A DNA stretch of 64,000 nt from Candidatus Multivoradales bacterium (GCA_965248925.1 CBDFLE010000005.1:320001-384000), one strand, 5' to 3'; counted from the first letter of the stretch, positions 1-12,897 are shown. Notes: generated by a model from the letters alone, not told the origin. Program-made: numbers and translations.

Positions 1-350
1 CGAGCCGCTTTGATGGCGGTCTCCACGGCCTCGGCGCCGGTGTTCATCGGCAGGGATTTCTGAAAGCCGGTGAGTTCGCTGAGCATCTTGTAAAAAGGGC
101 CCAGCTTGTCGTTGCGGAAAGCGCGCGACGTCAAGGTCAGGCGTGGCGCTTGTTCGACCAATGCTTGGACCAGCTTGGGGTGGCAGTGGCCCTGATTGAC
201 CGCGGAATAGGCGGCCAGCATGTCGAGGTACTTCTTGCCTTCGACATCCCAGACCCAGATCCCCTCGGCACGCTCAATAACGACATTGAGGGGATGGTAG
301 TTGTGGGCGCCGTAGGCATCTTCCAGGGCGATGAAATCGGCGGTCTTCAT
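1..350 (-). CDS. rocD: Ornithine aminotransferase (class III PLP aminotransferase), 5' part; runs off the window edge
   Basis: Manual translation from ATG at 350 (GGAGG upstream): [58 protein letters not shown]...[10 protein letters not shown]...[17 protein letters not shown]. Not in the ORF track because it is truncated. Confidence 0.93.
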   Translation of the reverse strand, partial: MKTADFIALEDAYGAHNYHPLNVVIERAEGIWVWDVEGKKYLDMLAAYSAVNQGHCHPKLVQALVEQAPRLTLTSRAFRNDKLGPFYKMLSELTGFQKSLPMNTGAEAVETAIKAA

Positions 351-490
351 GCTCAATCCTCCATCGAACGATGCTGCTGCAAGCCGGTGGGCGGGATGCT
401 CAGACGGCGGTCGCCGGGACGGCGGTTAGTGCTCTGCCGCTTCTACCACAGATTGTCGGGGAAGAGAATCGCTGCGCTGACTCTGAGGGC

Positions 491-2344
491 TCAGATGTAG
501 CCTAGGGCCCGCAGGCGGTCGAGAGTCTCATCGATGCCCTGGAGTTCAGCGGCGGGCCGCCCCGGGTCGTGCCAGGCGATGGCGCCACGCTCGGGGAGGG
601 TCATTGGGGCTTGCTGGAGGGCGGCAACAGCCGAATCGATGAGGATGATTTGCTGCGACTCGCGGGCGGGCAGTAGGAGCAGAGTGCCCGCGCCCGGCCC
701 GCTGATGCTGAATCGCAGCTGGCCACCGACTTGGGGCTCAGCGACATAGTTTGCCGGCTCGCCCCAGATCAAGGTGGCTGCCAAATCGACTCCAGAGACG
801 GTGAAAGCTAGATCGGTTTCGGCGACAAACAGAAAGAGCCCACGGCGAAGGCCCCTGAATTGGCCAGCGAGGGCGCGCAGACTGGCACGGAGGTCGTCTG
901 CGGACGGTGGGTCGATGCCGGGCAGCGTTTCGATCAACCGCCGCGGGTGGTGTTGAGCCAGCCACTCGGCCACCGGATCCTGGTGGACCGGTAGATCTTC
1001 TGCCGCTGCCTTGGGTTGTTCAAAACGCTGGGCGAACCAGGTAATCCGGCGCCCGGCCTGCAAAGCGGCCCAGCGTGGCGGACCATGGACGAAGCTCTCG
1101 TTGGTGACCAGGCGACTCGGGCGGTCAAAAAGACCGCGGTCGCCAGCGACCAGGAAGCTCTTAAGCTGGGTCTGCGATACCGGCGAGGTAATTTCAGCGG
1201 CCTCGATGCCGGTACCTTGGATCCACAGCGGCACTCGGACTACTTCATCCCACAACCCCGGACCGTGGCCGAAGCCACCGTGGTCGAGCAGTTCTTCTCC
1301 GTGGTCGGCGGTGAAGACCATCAATTCAAGGGGGCCGAGGTGTTGCAGCAAGATGTCGAGTTGTTGGCTCAAGTAGCGCGCCTCGCTGGCATAGGCGTCG
1401 CGCATTGCCGACAACTCCGCCGGCAACGGTGGGATGCTGCCCGTGGTGCGAGCCTGTACTACCTCGCCGGTCTGGTGCAGGCGATAGGGGGCGTGGGTCT
1501 CCATGTATTGCAAATAGAGAAACAAATCGAGGTCGGGGAACCACTCCGCGGCCTGAAGTGCCTGGCGATTGACCCAAGTTGCATCGGTGAGTTCAGCCCC
1601 CAGTGTTGTACTGGCATCGGGAGCGATAAACAAGCCGAATCCTTGGGCATAGCCATTTTCGTAGCTGACCGTTGGATTGGCCACCACCGCGATCGGTAGT
1701 TGGCCCTTCGCCGCCAGACCCTCGGCCAACGTGTCGAGGGCGTTGGGTAGGGAGATCAAGGTGCCTTTGGGTGCCCGCAGCTCCACTGGCGGGCGACCGG
1801 TGAACAGCGCAGCGACCGAAGGCAGAGTCCAGGCGGCGGCGCTGTAGGCCCTAGTAAAGCGCGCACTTTCGCCAAAGCGGGCATCGAGTTCGGGCATGTG
1901 GGCAGCGTTGGCGTGGTCGAAGCGCAGCGTATCGGCGACGATCAGCAGCCGACGTAAACCCCGGCGACGTGGATCGGCCCAGCGGGCCTGCAGCAGTTCG
2001 ACCGGCCGATCGCTAGCCAGAATCAACTCGCTGGCGGAGCCCGCTGGGCACTCGATGGAGGTCGGCTGGTCCAGCTGCCAGCGGTGAGCCGTGCCCGCAC
2101 CAGCCAGGCAACTCAGTTCGGCTCCCTGCGGGCCGGGTACCGCCACCGCACGAAAGACCCCTGGTGCCATCGGCACAGCAACTTCATCGACCAATGTCCA
2201 GCTGCTCGCCCAGCCCAAGCTAAGGCGCTTGGTGGTCTGTTCGCCCGCGAGGAAAGCGCTTCGACTTGGACCGGGGTCGCTGCCGCAGCTGCTGAGAAAA
2301 GAAAGTAGGAGAAACCAGGAGGCGAGCTTGCGATAGATGGCCAT
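491..2344 (-). CDS. Sulfatase-like (alkaline phosphatase superfamily) lipoprotein
   Basis: Lipobox LSSC; motifs IVADTLRFD, AYSAAAWTLPSVAALFTG, YMETHAPY, FTADHGEE, HG; C-terminal LRALGYI. Confidence 0.85.
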   Translation of the reverse strand: MAIYRKLASWFLLLSFLSSCGSDPGPSRSAFLAGEQTTKRLSLGWASSWTLVDEVAVPMAPGVFRAVAVPGPQGAELSCLAGAGTAHRWQLDQPTSIECPAGSASELILASDRPVELLQARWADPRRRGLRRLLIVADTLRFDHANAAHMPELDARFGESARFTRAYSAAAWTLPSVAALFTGRPPVELRAPKGTLISLPNALDTLAEGLAAKGQLPIAVVANPTVSYENGYAQGFGLFIAPDASTTLGAELTDATWVNRQALQAAEWFPDLDLFLYLQYMETHAPYRLHQTGEVVQARTTGSIPPLPAELSAMRDAYASEARYLSQQLDILLQHLGPLELMVFTADHGEELLDHGGFGHGPGLWDEVVRVPLWIQGTGIEAAEITSPVSQTQLKSFLVAGDRGLFDRPSRLVTNESFVHGPPRWAALQAGRRITWFAQRFEQPKAAAEDLPVHQDPVAEWLAQHHPRRLIETLPGIDPPSADDLRASLRALAGQFRGLRRGLFLFVAETDLAFTVSGVDLAATLIWGEPANYVAEPQVGGQLRFSISGPGAGTLLLLPARESQQIILIDSAVAALQQAPMTLPERGAIAWHDPGRPAAELQGIDETLDRLRALGYI

Positions 2345-2568
2345 GGCGCTGAGTCGGTGCTAGGAACGAGCAATTCTGCGTCGATCCGCGAACCGTCTTG
2401 AGGTCGCGGGGCAGTCAGGGTGGTTGGCCGGAGCTGCCGTGGGCCGGCTGAGGATACCACGGCGCTAGCTGCGAGATTACAGTTGGCCAGGGCTTGCCAG
2501 GACTGCCGCAGTAATAAAAAGGACTCTCGACCGCAGCCGAGAGCCCACCGTACACTCAACCCATCAGA

Positions 2569-4218
2569 TCAGTTGCAGATCGAGACGTCGTCGAGGCCAC
2601 CCTCGACCAAGTCGCCGGGGCCGGCGCCGTCGGAGACCTGCATCCGCAACTGGACACTGGAACCAGCCGGGATGGCCGCCGTGGCGGCGGTCCAAGCTGC
2701 CTGGTTACGGACGTCGCCGATCGACACTATGGGGGTGAAAGACGCGCCGCCGTTGGTCGAGAACTCCAGCAGGAAGAAGTCGTCGCCCGGATCGTCGCCG
2801 GTGTCGCGCTGGCCGTGGAAGTAGAAGGCTTCCAAGGTCGACGCATCGGTCACGCTCCACACTGGCGACAGCAGGATGCAGTTGCCGCCATCGACATCGG
2901 CGTTTCCGGCCGAGATGTTGGTGGCGGTGAACACCGCATCGCCATTGCCCAACGTGTTGTCGCCACCGACCTGGGTGACGACGCCGCTATTGGTTTGCTG
3001 ACTCGGCGTGTCGAGTACGAAGGCGCCGCTGGAGCAGGTGCTGCCGGCAGCGTTGGTCCAACCAGCCGCGCCGCTTTCGAAGTCGACTACCACCGAACAG
3101 CCGCCGCCGATCGCGTTGATGGTCACCTGGATCGAATCGCTATTCGATAGGCCGCCGGAGTCGGTCACCGCGGCGGCGATCGTGTGGCTGCCCACCGACA
3201 GGCTCGAAGTCGACACCGAAGCGCCGCTGCCCAAGCTGCCGTCGAGGGACGAACTCCAGGTGATCGAGCCCGAGATGTTGCCATCTTCAGCGTCGGTAGC
3301 GGTGCCGGTGAAGCTCACGTTGGCACCTTGGCTGAAGGACGAGCCGTTGGCCGGGGCGGTGATCGACACCGTCGGAGCAGTGTTGCCACCGCTGCCGTCC
3401 GAGCAGATTGAGAAGTCGTCGATACCACCTTCGACCAAATCGCCGGGGCCAGCTCCGTCAGAAGTCGACACCCGCAAAGTGACGTTGGAACCGGCGGACA
3501 CCGGCACGGTGACCTGGGTCCAGACGGCGTTTGAGGTAACATCGCCGATCGACACTGCCGAGGTGTAGCTTGAGCCGCCGTTGGTGGAGACCTCGACGCT
3601 GAAGAAGTCGCCCGTCGGATCGTCGCCAGCGTCGCGCTGGCCGTGGAAGTAGTAGAAGGTCAAGTCCGAGTTGGTATTGACCGCGAAGACCGGTGAGTCG
3701 ACCACACAGACGCCACCATCGACATCGGCATTGCCGGCCGAGATGTTGACCGCGGTGAACAGCGCATTGCCCGTGCCGCTGGTGTTGTCGCCACCGACCT
3801 GGGTGGTGACGCCACTATTGATGATCTGGGTTGGATTGCCGATCACATAGGTACCGGTCGAGCAGGTGCTCAGTCCGGCATTGTTGACCCAGCCGGCGAA
3901 ACCGTTCTCGAAGTCGGTTTCCACCGTGCAATCACCCCCGCCCACCGTGTTGATGGTGATGGCGACCGAGTCGCTATCGCTCAAGCCGCCGGAGTCGGTG
4001 ACCGCGGCGGTGATGGTGTGGCTACCGGCCGAGAGGCCGGAAGTGGAGAAGGAAGCACCGCTGCCAATGGCTCCATTGATCGACGAAGTCCAGGCCAAGT
4101 TGCCGGCGATGTTGCCATCTTCGGCATCGGTGGCGGTGCCGGCAAAGGTCACCGACGTGCCCTCGTTGAACGCCGAGCCGTTGGCCGGGGCGGTAATGTT
4201 GACGGTCGGTGCGGTATT
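2569..4218 (-). repeat. Intragenic tandem duplication of a ~278-aa (834-bp period) two-domain module
   Basis: NTAPTV starts at 4218 and again at 3384; both units end in ...GPGDLVEGG(I/L)DD(F/V)SIC. Confidence 0.85.
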
Positions 4219-5877
4219 CGCCGGGGCGCCGCAAGAGGGGAAGCTGAAGCTGCAAACCCGGGTCTTCCAAGCCACCGTTCCAGTGGTCTGGACATACTCG
4301 TTAGTCAACCAGAAGGTGCAGCCATCGACCGGGTCGACGCTGATCGACGAATAGTCGACCCAGCGGTTAGAGCCGAGCTGCGAGCCGGTACCGTCGACGC
4401 AAGCGCTTTCCGTCTGCAGCGAGCCGGCCGCATCCGTGGTCTCGTTGCCGGTGAAGTATATCGACGGGAAGGTCGAATTCGATGAGCGGGTATAGCTCAG
4501 GCCGATGTTGCCGCTGCCGTCCATCGCCACCGAGCCTCCCCAGCGGCTCTCACCATCACCGGGGGCCAAAGTGCCGGTCTGGGCGATCGAGATGCTCACT
4601 GCGCTGTTGATTGCAAATTGCGCCCAACGAATGCCGGCGATATCGCCGCCAGAGTCGACGGTGTGATTGATCACCCCGAAGTGATTGCCACCGATGAAGC
4701 GGTTCTGGAACCGATACATGGTGAACTGACCCAGGGTGTCGAGGTTCTGGGCAGTGCCGGGCTGCTGAATGCAGTCGCGGCTGAAGCCGCAGAGTTCGGC
4801 GTCAAACTCACCGGTGGTGACGTAGCTGGTCTCGGAGAAAGTCGAGGTGTTGAGATTGCCCCAGTTGGTGCAGAACTCCCAGAAGCGGTAGCCGTCCGAG
4901 CCATTGACTACTCCCCAGGTTTCCTCGTCGAGGGCCTGCACGTAGAGAGGGCAAGTGCCGGCAGGAGCCGCTGGGCCCTCGAGGTGTGCCGGTTGGATGC
5001 CGAAAGCAGTCGGGGATCCGGTCGACAGGTTAAAGCGCACGAAGTTAGCGTTGGCGCCGCTCAGCATGGCGTCGCGATCGAAAGCAGTGACCTGCACCCC
5101 GGAGAAACTAGCGCCGAAGTTGTTGGTCATCATGTGGTAGGCGCTCTGGCCGGCGCCGTCGCTCCACAGGCTGATCTTTGGGTAGTCGTTGAACTCACCG
5201 GGGCTGACGGTGAAGTCATAGAGAAAGTAAGGGCCGGCCGGGTTGGAACCCTGGCTGATGGCGAAACATTGGTGGCCATCGGTGTTGCTCGGACTGGTGA
5301 ACTGGCTGAACACCCAGCGGCCGGCGAGATGATCGTAGAGCACGATCGGGTCGCCCGCATTCTGCGAATCGCAGACGCCGCCAAAGCCCTGCCAGAAAAT
5401 ATTGCCGACGAAGGGGCCGCCGGCCACCGAGCCGTTGCTCTTGTTGAAGAACACCCAGCCCAGGTTGACGTACTGGACGTAGAAATTGACCCCGACATCG
5501 CCGTTGATGTCCGGAGGCGAGATCAGGCCGCCGATCAAGGCGCCGTTGTCGTTGTTGTCATAGCCGTCGAAAGACAGGTTGGCGGAGGGCGCGCGACTGG
5601 CCAAGAAGTCGCTCCTCAGCGGGTCCGTGCTGGTCTCGACTGCGCGGCGGCCGACCAGGAAGGCTGGAATGGTGCGGTTGGGAACTTCATGCTCGAAACC
5701 AAAGGAGGTGGGTTTAGGCACTCGCCGAGCCAGCTCGTCGATAGTCGGCGCGACGCCGAACCGGACTGCCTGGCCGGTGCCGGGGGTGGTGCTGTCGGTA
5801 CTCTGCGCCCACAGCGGGAGGCTCAGCAGTCCAAGGGCCAAGGCGGCGATCAGGAAAAAGTTAGTCTGTCGTTTCAA
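2569..5877 (-). CDS. Large secreted protein: uncharacterised N-terminal domain plus two tandem [Ig/PKD-like + jelly-roll/MAM-like] modules
   Basis: Signal peptide; PPDINGDVG/GDPIVLYD/NDYPK N-terminal region; repeated NTAPTVxITAPANG...TDSGGLS and DVDGG...YFHGQRD...STNGG...GDLVEGG. Confidence 0.8.
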   Translation of the reverse strand: MKRQTNFFLIAALALGLLSLPLWAQSTDSTTPGTGQAVRFGVAPTIDELARRVPKPTSFGFEHEVPNRTIPAFLVGRRAVETSTDPLRSDFLASRAPSANLSFDGYDNNDNGALIGGLISPPDINGDVGVNFYVQYVNLGWVFFNKSNGSVAGGPFVGNIFWQGFGGVCDSQNAGDPIVLYDHLAGRWVFSQFTSPSNTDGHQCFAISQGSNPAGPYFLYDFTVSPGEFNDYPKISLWSDGAGQSAYHMMTNNFGASFSGVQVTAFDRDAMLSGANANFVRFNLSTGSPTAFGIQPAHLEGPAAPAGTCPLYVQALDEETWGVVNGSDGYRFWEFCTNWGNLNTSTFSETSYVTTGEFDAELCGFSRDCIQQPGTAQNLDTLGQFTMYRFQNRFIGGNHFGVINHTVDSGGDIAGIRWAQFAINSAVSISIAQTGTLAPGDGESRWGGSVAMDGSGNIGLSYTRSSNSTFPSIYFTGNETTDAAGSLQTESACVDGTGSQLGSNRWVDYSSISVDPVDGCTFWLTNEYVQTTGTVAWKTRVCSFSFPSCGAPANTAPTVNITAPANGSAFNEGTSVTFAGTATDAEDGNIAGNLAWTSSINGAIGSGASFSTSGLSAGSHTITAAVTDSGGLSDSDSVAITINTVGGGDCTVETDFENGFAGWVNNAGLSTCSTGTYVIGNPTQIINSGVTTQVGGDNTSGTGNALFTAVNISAGNADVDGGVCVVDSPVFAVNTNSDLTFYYFHGQRDAGDDPTGDFFSVEVSTNGGSSYTSAVSIGDVTSNAVWTQVTVPVSAGSNVTLRVSTSDGAGPGDLVEGGIDDFSICSDGSGGNTAPTVSITAPANGSSFSQGANVSFTGTATDAEDGNISGSITWSSSLDGSLGSGASVSTSSLSVGSHTIAAAVTDSGGLSNSDSIQVTINAIGGGCSVVVDFESGAAGWTNAAGSTCSSGAFVLDTPSQQTNSGVVTQVGGDNTLGNGDAVFTATNISAGNADVDGGNCILLSPVWSVTDASTLEAFYFHGQRDTGDDPGDDFFLLEFSTNGGASFTPIVSIGDVRNQAAWTAATAAIPAGSSVQLRMQVSDGAGPGDLVEGGLDDVSICN

Positions 5878-6201
5878 AGCTTCGATCCTCCACTAGCGAT
5901 GGTTGGGGTCTCTCGGGGGACACCTAATGAAGGGATCGCTGGCGGCAGGAACGGCGGCTGCACGCCGCACCCGGACAGGCCGGCACGCCACATCTATGGC
6001 GCGCTACGCTCCCGGTCGCGCGGACAGTGAACACCTCGCAGCCTCTCCCGCGATAGGCCACACGACCGGACTATGGCAAATCCCTAGGCTAAACCATATA
6101 GGATTTCGTCAATAAGACCGAACCACTGCCGATCTGACACCGATCTGACACAAGATACAGAGATTGTTTCTGACTCCAGAACTCCTGACATACCCTTTTT
6201 C

Positions 6202-8595
6202 TCAAATGTCCGGTTGAGCCTCTCCGGAGGTGTTCCGAGGCCCTGGGAAGGCCAGGCTCCGGGGTGGCGCCTTCTTGATCGCGAACCGCATCCGTAGCTC
6301 GGTGCCGGGGAAGTGGGTGGCGGTAGCGTTGAGTTCTTCGCAGACGGCGGCGATCGCCGCCGTCTTGTGGGGAGAGCTGAGCGGGTCGATGGAAAGGAGC
6401 AGCACGGTGTCGGTAACCTCCATATCGCCGCCGGCCGCGAAAGCGCTTTGGATCAGGGTGCGTCCCTCCTGCTCGGTGCGGCGGTAGTGGGGTGATAGGA
6501 GCCGGAGAAGATCACCTTCGGCCTGGTAGGCGACCATCTTGAGAATATCGGTGAGGTGCTTGCGCTCGACGGACAGCTTGATGACATCCGCTTCGACGAC
6601 CTCTTGGACGGGGACGCGGACGGGGAGGGTCGCGCGCTGGTTCTCGAGTTCGGTGATCTGCTCTATCGCTGCCCGGACCCTGGCGGAGATGGCGGCGTTG
6701 GCGATCTTGAATCCGCGCATCGTGCGCCGCCGATCCTCGCGGTTTTCAAGAGCAGCGATCCCGATGTGGGCCCGGAGCTGCTCGAGATGTGCGTGAGCTT
6801 TGCGCAGCTCTGCATTGATCTTGCCGCGCTCGGGATTCGGCACATCGCGGGCAGCGTCCGCTGGCTCGGTGCCATAGTCCACCAGGGCATCGAGTGCGAA
6901 TTCTTCGCGCAGGTATTTGAAGAAGTTCTCTTGCCTCCAACGATCGAACATGCGGTAGGCGACCTCGAGTGTGGAGAGGTCGCGGCGGGAGGTGATGATG
7001 GACGTCTGGTGGCCGTTGTCGCAGAGGCGGGTGACCTGGCGCAGGTACAGCCGCTTGCGCTTCTTCCTCGGGCCATACTCGAGGTAGATACGCTGATCGG
7101 CGAGGAGGTACTCGAGCTTCCGCCCGTGGATCGTGTCCTTGATCTGCCCGAACTTGCTCAACGGCACCGGACGAAAGGGGGCCTTTCGGTATGTGAGGAT
7201 GTCGAACTTCTTGGCGATGAGCTTCGCAAACAGCTTCGGGCTCCAACCCCCACGGTCGAAGACGACGGTGACTCGCCGGTCTCCGAGTAGCTTTCGTACC
7301 TCTTCGAGAATGAGGGGAAGCATCGTCGCAAGCCCCTTGTTGGCCTCGGTGGGGACCACGAAGAGAGGCTCGCTCTCAGCATCGTTGACCCAGTAGTCGG
7401 TGGTGGCCGGCATCGCGATCCGCATCCGCGCTACGTGTGTCTTGGGAATCTCTCGGCCACCGTGGTAGGCGCGCACATGCCCGTCCACGTAGAGGAAGCC
7501 CATGGCATGGCCCCTGGTGGCGACCCGGCGCTGAGCGAGGGCGCGACCGAGATCCGCGGCCAGGCCATGCGCGGCCAGCCGAGCGAGCTTGTTGCGCAAG
7601 GTTTTCACTTCCGGCGCTCGGTCGAGCCCGAGAAGCTGACCCAAATGCCGGGGTGAGCGCTCCTTGAGCCCTTCGGGTCGCTTGACCCGCAACAGTGCCA
7701 TCAGCAGCAGGGTTACCAGAGTGGTGCGCAGCCCATAGAAGGCCGGCCCGATGCTGCCGTACAGCTCCTGCGCGATGGAGAGCACGCCGCTGTCCACCAG
7801 GGCGGGAATCGCCAGCAGAGCACCGGCGCCCGGTAGCTGGGTCGCCGCTCCGAAGATCGGCGCCGCATCATCGAGGAATCCCAGCCTCGCCAGCAGCCGA
7901 TCGCTGGCGCGATCCGCTGGATCGAGGTCCAGCGAGAGGGGAACCTGATCTTGCTCGGACGCAGAAGCGGACAGTTTTGGGTCCGCAGCCGCTGGGTCAC
8001 CGCCACCCTCAGCGTCGAGCGCAAGATCCGCAGTTTTCAGGGGGCCGTCGACCTGCTGCTCATCAGAGGCGGACAGTTTTGGGTCCGCACTCTCGAAGGG
8101 CATCGTCATCTGCACTACCGACCGCTCTTTCCAGCCCAGGCGCTTGGCGAGCTTGCGAACGGCCTTCTCATCGATGCCCAGCCGCCGGCCAATCTCGCGA
8201 TTCGACACACCCTCGGCCTTCCAGCCGTTGACCGCGTCCAGGCGGCCCTGCGCTACCCGAGACTGACCCCGGGGAAAACCGCGCGGCCGGCCCAGAGCAG
8301 CCAGCCCACCTTCTTCGAAGCGGCGCTGATTCCGGCGCACAGTCCGCACATCACAAGCGAACGCAAGGGCCACCTCGCGTTGCTGTGCCCAGCCCAATTC
8401 AACGAGACTCACCATCGCGTGGGCCTCGCCTGTCCTGTCGCCGGCAGCGAAGTGAGCGAGCGGCATGCCGCTGACCACCACCACCCGATAGCCGCCCCTC
8501 TGCCGGAGGCGGCAGCGGTCGTTGATCACCACAACCCCATCGGGGACCCCGGCGTGGTCTGGGAACAGGACGGTGTGCTCGCTCGTCAGTGCCAT
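6202..8595 (-). CDS. Putative DDE transposase with two N-terminal HTH regions (IS4/IS1634-superfamily-like, family uncertain)
   Basis: HTHs QREVALAFACDVRTVRR and NREIGRRLGIDEKAVRK; catalytic-type motifs FLYVDGH, VFDRGG, RWRQENFFK. Confidence 0.85.
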   Translation of the reverse strand: MALTSEHTVLFPDHAGVPDGVVVINDRCRLRQRGGYRVVVVSGMPLAHFAAGDRTGEAHAMVSLVELGWAQQREVALAFACDVRTVRRNQRRFEEGGLAALGRPRGFPRGQSRVAQGRLDAVNGWKAEGVSNREIGRRLGIDEKAVRKLAKRLGWKERSVVQMTMPFESADPKLSASDEQQVDGPLKTADLALDAEGGGDPAAADPKLSASASEQDQVPLSLDLDPADRASDRLLARLGFLDDAAPIFGAATQLPGAGALLAIPALVDSGVLSIAQELYGSIGPAFYGLRTTLVTLLLMALLRVKRPEGLKERSPRHLGQLLGLDRAPEVKTLRNKLARLAAHGLAADLGRALAQRRVATRGHAMGFLYVDGHVRAYHGGREIPKTHVARMRIAMPATTDYWVNDAESEPLFVVPTEANKGLATMLPLILEEVRKLLGDRRVTVVFDRGGWSPKLFAKLIAKKFDILTYRKAPFRPVPLSKFGQIKDTIHGRKLEYLLADQRIYLEYGPRKKRKRLYLRQVTRLCDNGHQTSIITSRRDLSTLEVAYRMFDRWRQENFFKYLREEFALDALVDYGTEPADAARDVPNPERGKINAELRKAHAHLEQLRAHIGIAALENREDRRRTMRGFKIANAAISARVRAAIEQITELENQRATLPVRVPVQEVVEADVIKLSVERKHLTDILKMVAYQAEGDLLRLLSPHYRRTEQEGRTLIQSAFAAGGDMEVTDTVLLLSIDPLSSPHKTAAIAAVCEELNATATHFPGTELRMRFAIKKAPPRSLAFPGPRNTSGEAQPDI

Positions 8596-8644
8596 GCTCG
8601 ATCATGCCTCGGCACCGAAAAAAGCGGACAGTTTTGGGTCCGCA
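7967..8644. repeat. Three identical 21-bp palindromic motifs GCGGACAGTTTTGGGTCCGCA
   Basis: Copies at 7967-7987, 8069-8089 (both inside the transposase CDS) and 8624-8644 (upstream of its ATG); GCGGAC/GTCCGC arms. Confidence 0.95.
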
Positions 8645-8759
8645 CCACCTCTGAGGGGCGGTCCTGTGTTTTCAGAGGGTTAGGAGGGGTAGGTCAGGAG
8701 GTCTGGACTCTTGTGCCAGATGTTTAGTCGCGGAGATGGCGGCGGAGATCAGAGGCGGA

Positions 8760-11471
<2,712 letters not shown>

Positions 11472-11652
11472 GGTGGATATTCCAGCAGCGTCGGTCAAAT
11501 ACGTATCGAAATCGACTGTCAGGCCACTGGAGCCTAGTGCCGAATAATCGAAAGCGAAGTGCGGGGCCACGCCGCGGCGGGCCAGAGCAAATAGTCTAGC
11601 AGGAGAGCGAGGCTTACTGAGAGGCAAGAAAAGGGCGCCAGGACAGTGCCAA

Positions 11653-11674
11653 CGGCGGCGGAGTGCCGCCGCCG
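11653..11674. terminator. GC-rich hairpin between the M23 gene and secA (possible terminator or RNA-stabilising stem)
   Basis: CGGCGGCGG-AGTG-CCGCCGCCG perfect 9-bp stem; no convincing U-tract. Confidence 0.35.
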
Positions 11675-11686
11675 AGGCTCAAAGAG

Positions 11687-12619
11687 CTACTCTGAGATGC
11701 TGTTGTGAATATAAGCCAACGGGTTGGTCGGACGGCCATCTAGGCGCACTTCATAGTGCAAATGGTAACCCGTCGAGCGGCCGGTGTTGCCGACGTGGCC
11801 GATCACTTCGCCGCGCTTGACCCGCTGCCCGGACTTTACCACGATCCGGGACATATGACCGTAGCGGGTGGTGATGCCGTAGCCATGGTTGATCTGCACG
11901 GCGATGCCTAATCCCTTGTTACGTCCAGCCATGGTCACAACGCCGTCACCGCTAGCAACCACCGGCTTGCCGGGCGGGGCGACAATGTCGAGTCCCCCAT
12001 GGCGTGCTCGACGACCGGTGAAGGGGTCACGGCGAAAACCGAAGCGGCTGGTCATCAAGCCCTTGACCGGGCTGATCGCCGGAATCGACGAGATCAATAG
12101 CCGACGTTCGGTCAGTCGCTCGTCGAGTCGCTCCATGCCGCCGCCCATCTGATCGATGCTGCTGCGCAGGGATGAGATCTGCTGCTTGAGTTCAGTCTCA
12201 CGATCGTCCGCCAACTCGCGGCCCAGGCCGTCGTTGTCGGCCCAACGCTCTTCGAACAGCGCATCGTTCGGGTCCATGCCACCGATGCCGGCTTCACTGC
12301 CGGGAGAGAGTTCAGCCAAACCGGCGACGATCGCCAGCTTGCGGATACGCTCTTCGTAGTCCTCAAGCTGATCTTGCAGCTCGCGAATGCTGGTTTCGAA
12401 GCTCTCGTTGACCTGCCGCAGATCCTCGTTCTGAGTCTCGATGCGGACTAGTTCCTGGCGATCCACCGCGGTGGTGAAGTAGGAATAGGTAGCGATCAGG
12501 CCACCGACGGTCAGAGCTAGCAGGCTGGCAAAGACCAGGCCAACCTGAAGGGAAGTGACGCGCCATTTGCGAAACTTGGCGCGTGCATGCGGGACGAAAA
12601 TGATCGTGTGCTGATTCAA
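11687..12619 (-). CDS. M23 family metallopeptidase (TM + coiled coil + LytM domain)
   Basis: HGGLD and TGYHLHYEV zinc motifs, TRYGHM; TTG start. Confidence 0.93.
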   Translation of the reverse strand: MNQHTIIFVPHARAKFRKWRVTSLQVGLVFASLLALTVGGLIATYSYFTTAVDRQELVRIETQNEDLRQVNESFETSIRELQDQLEDYEERIRKLAIVAGLAELSPGSEAGIGGMDPNDALFEERWADNDGLGRELADDRETELKQQISSLRSSIDQMGGGMERLDERLTERRLLISSIPAISPVKGLMTSRFGFRRDPFTGRRARHGGLDIVAPPGKPVVASGDGVVTMAGRNKGLGIAVQINHGYGITTRYGHMSRIVVKSGQRVKRGEVIGHVGNTGRSTGYHLHYEVRLDGRPTNPLAYIHNSISE

Positions 12620-12897
12620 AGCTCGATTGCAACCCGGTAAAAGTGGAGTGGGCAGGCATCCTTCCTTCTTACGCAGCCCACACGGCCCGGTGCCGCCCTC
12701 CTGGGAGCGCGTACCGAATAACCGAAAAAGGGCTTCGAAGAACGTACTTACCTTGTTCCTACTCCGAAGTCTTGCATTCGTTCTTGAATTCTTTTCGGGA
12801 CTCGTTGAGAGCGGGAAAGCCCTGTAAGGCGAACTCCGTCAAGAACTCCAGCTTGGCGGCCAAAGACCGGCGCAGTGTATATGAATAGCCCCTAATG

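Larger units (their letters stand above)
6172..8710 (-). mobile_element. IS-like element with a single large DDE transposase and imperfect 24-bp inverted repeats
   Basis: 6172-6195 GACTCCAGAACTCCTGACATACCC vs reverse complement of 8687-8710 GAGTCCAGACCTCCTGACCTACCC (21/24). No clear target duplication; an 11-bp tandem CCGATCTGACA x2 lies at 6129-6150. Confidence 0.8.

Noticed and set aside
4618-6030. Long antisense ORFs (e.g. 4618-6030, 8736-9719, 27478-28359, 56229-57167)
   Set aside because: They are shadows of well-supported genes on the opposite strand, expected in GC-rich DNA, with no recognisable motifs.
7967-8644. 21-bp repeats as a CRISPR array
   Set aside because: Spacings are irregular (81 and 534 bp between copies), two copies are inside a transposase CDS, and there are no cas genes.
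11472-11627. N-terminal extensions in the ORF track (secA, 12898 ORF, kinase 32397, Mo subunit 49636, shdrC1 55687)
   Set aside because: They overlap neighbouring genes or lack family similarity; downstream starts fit better.
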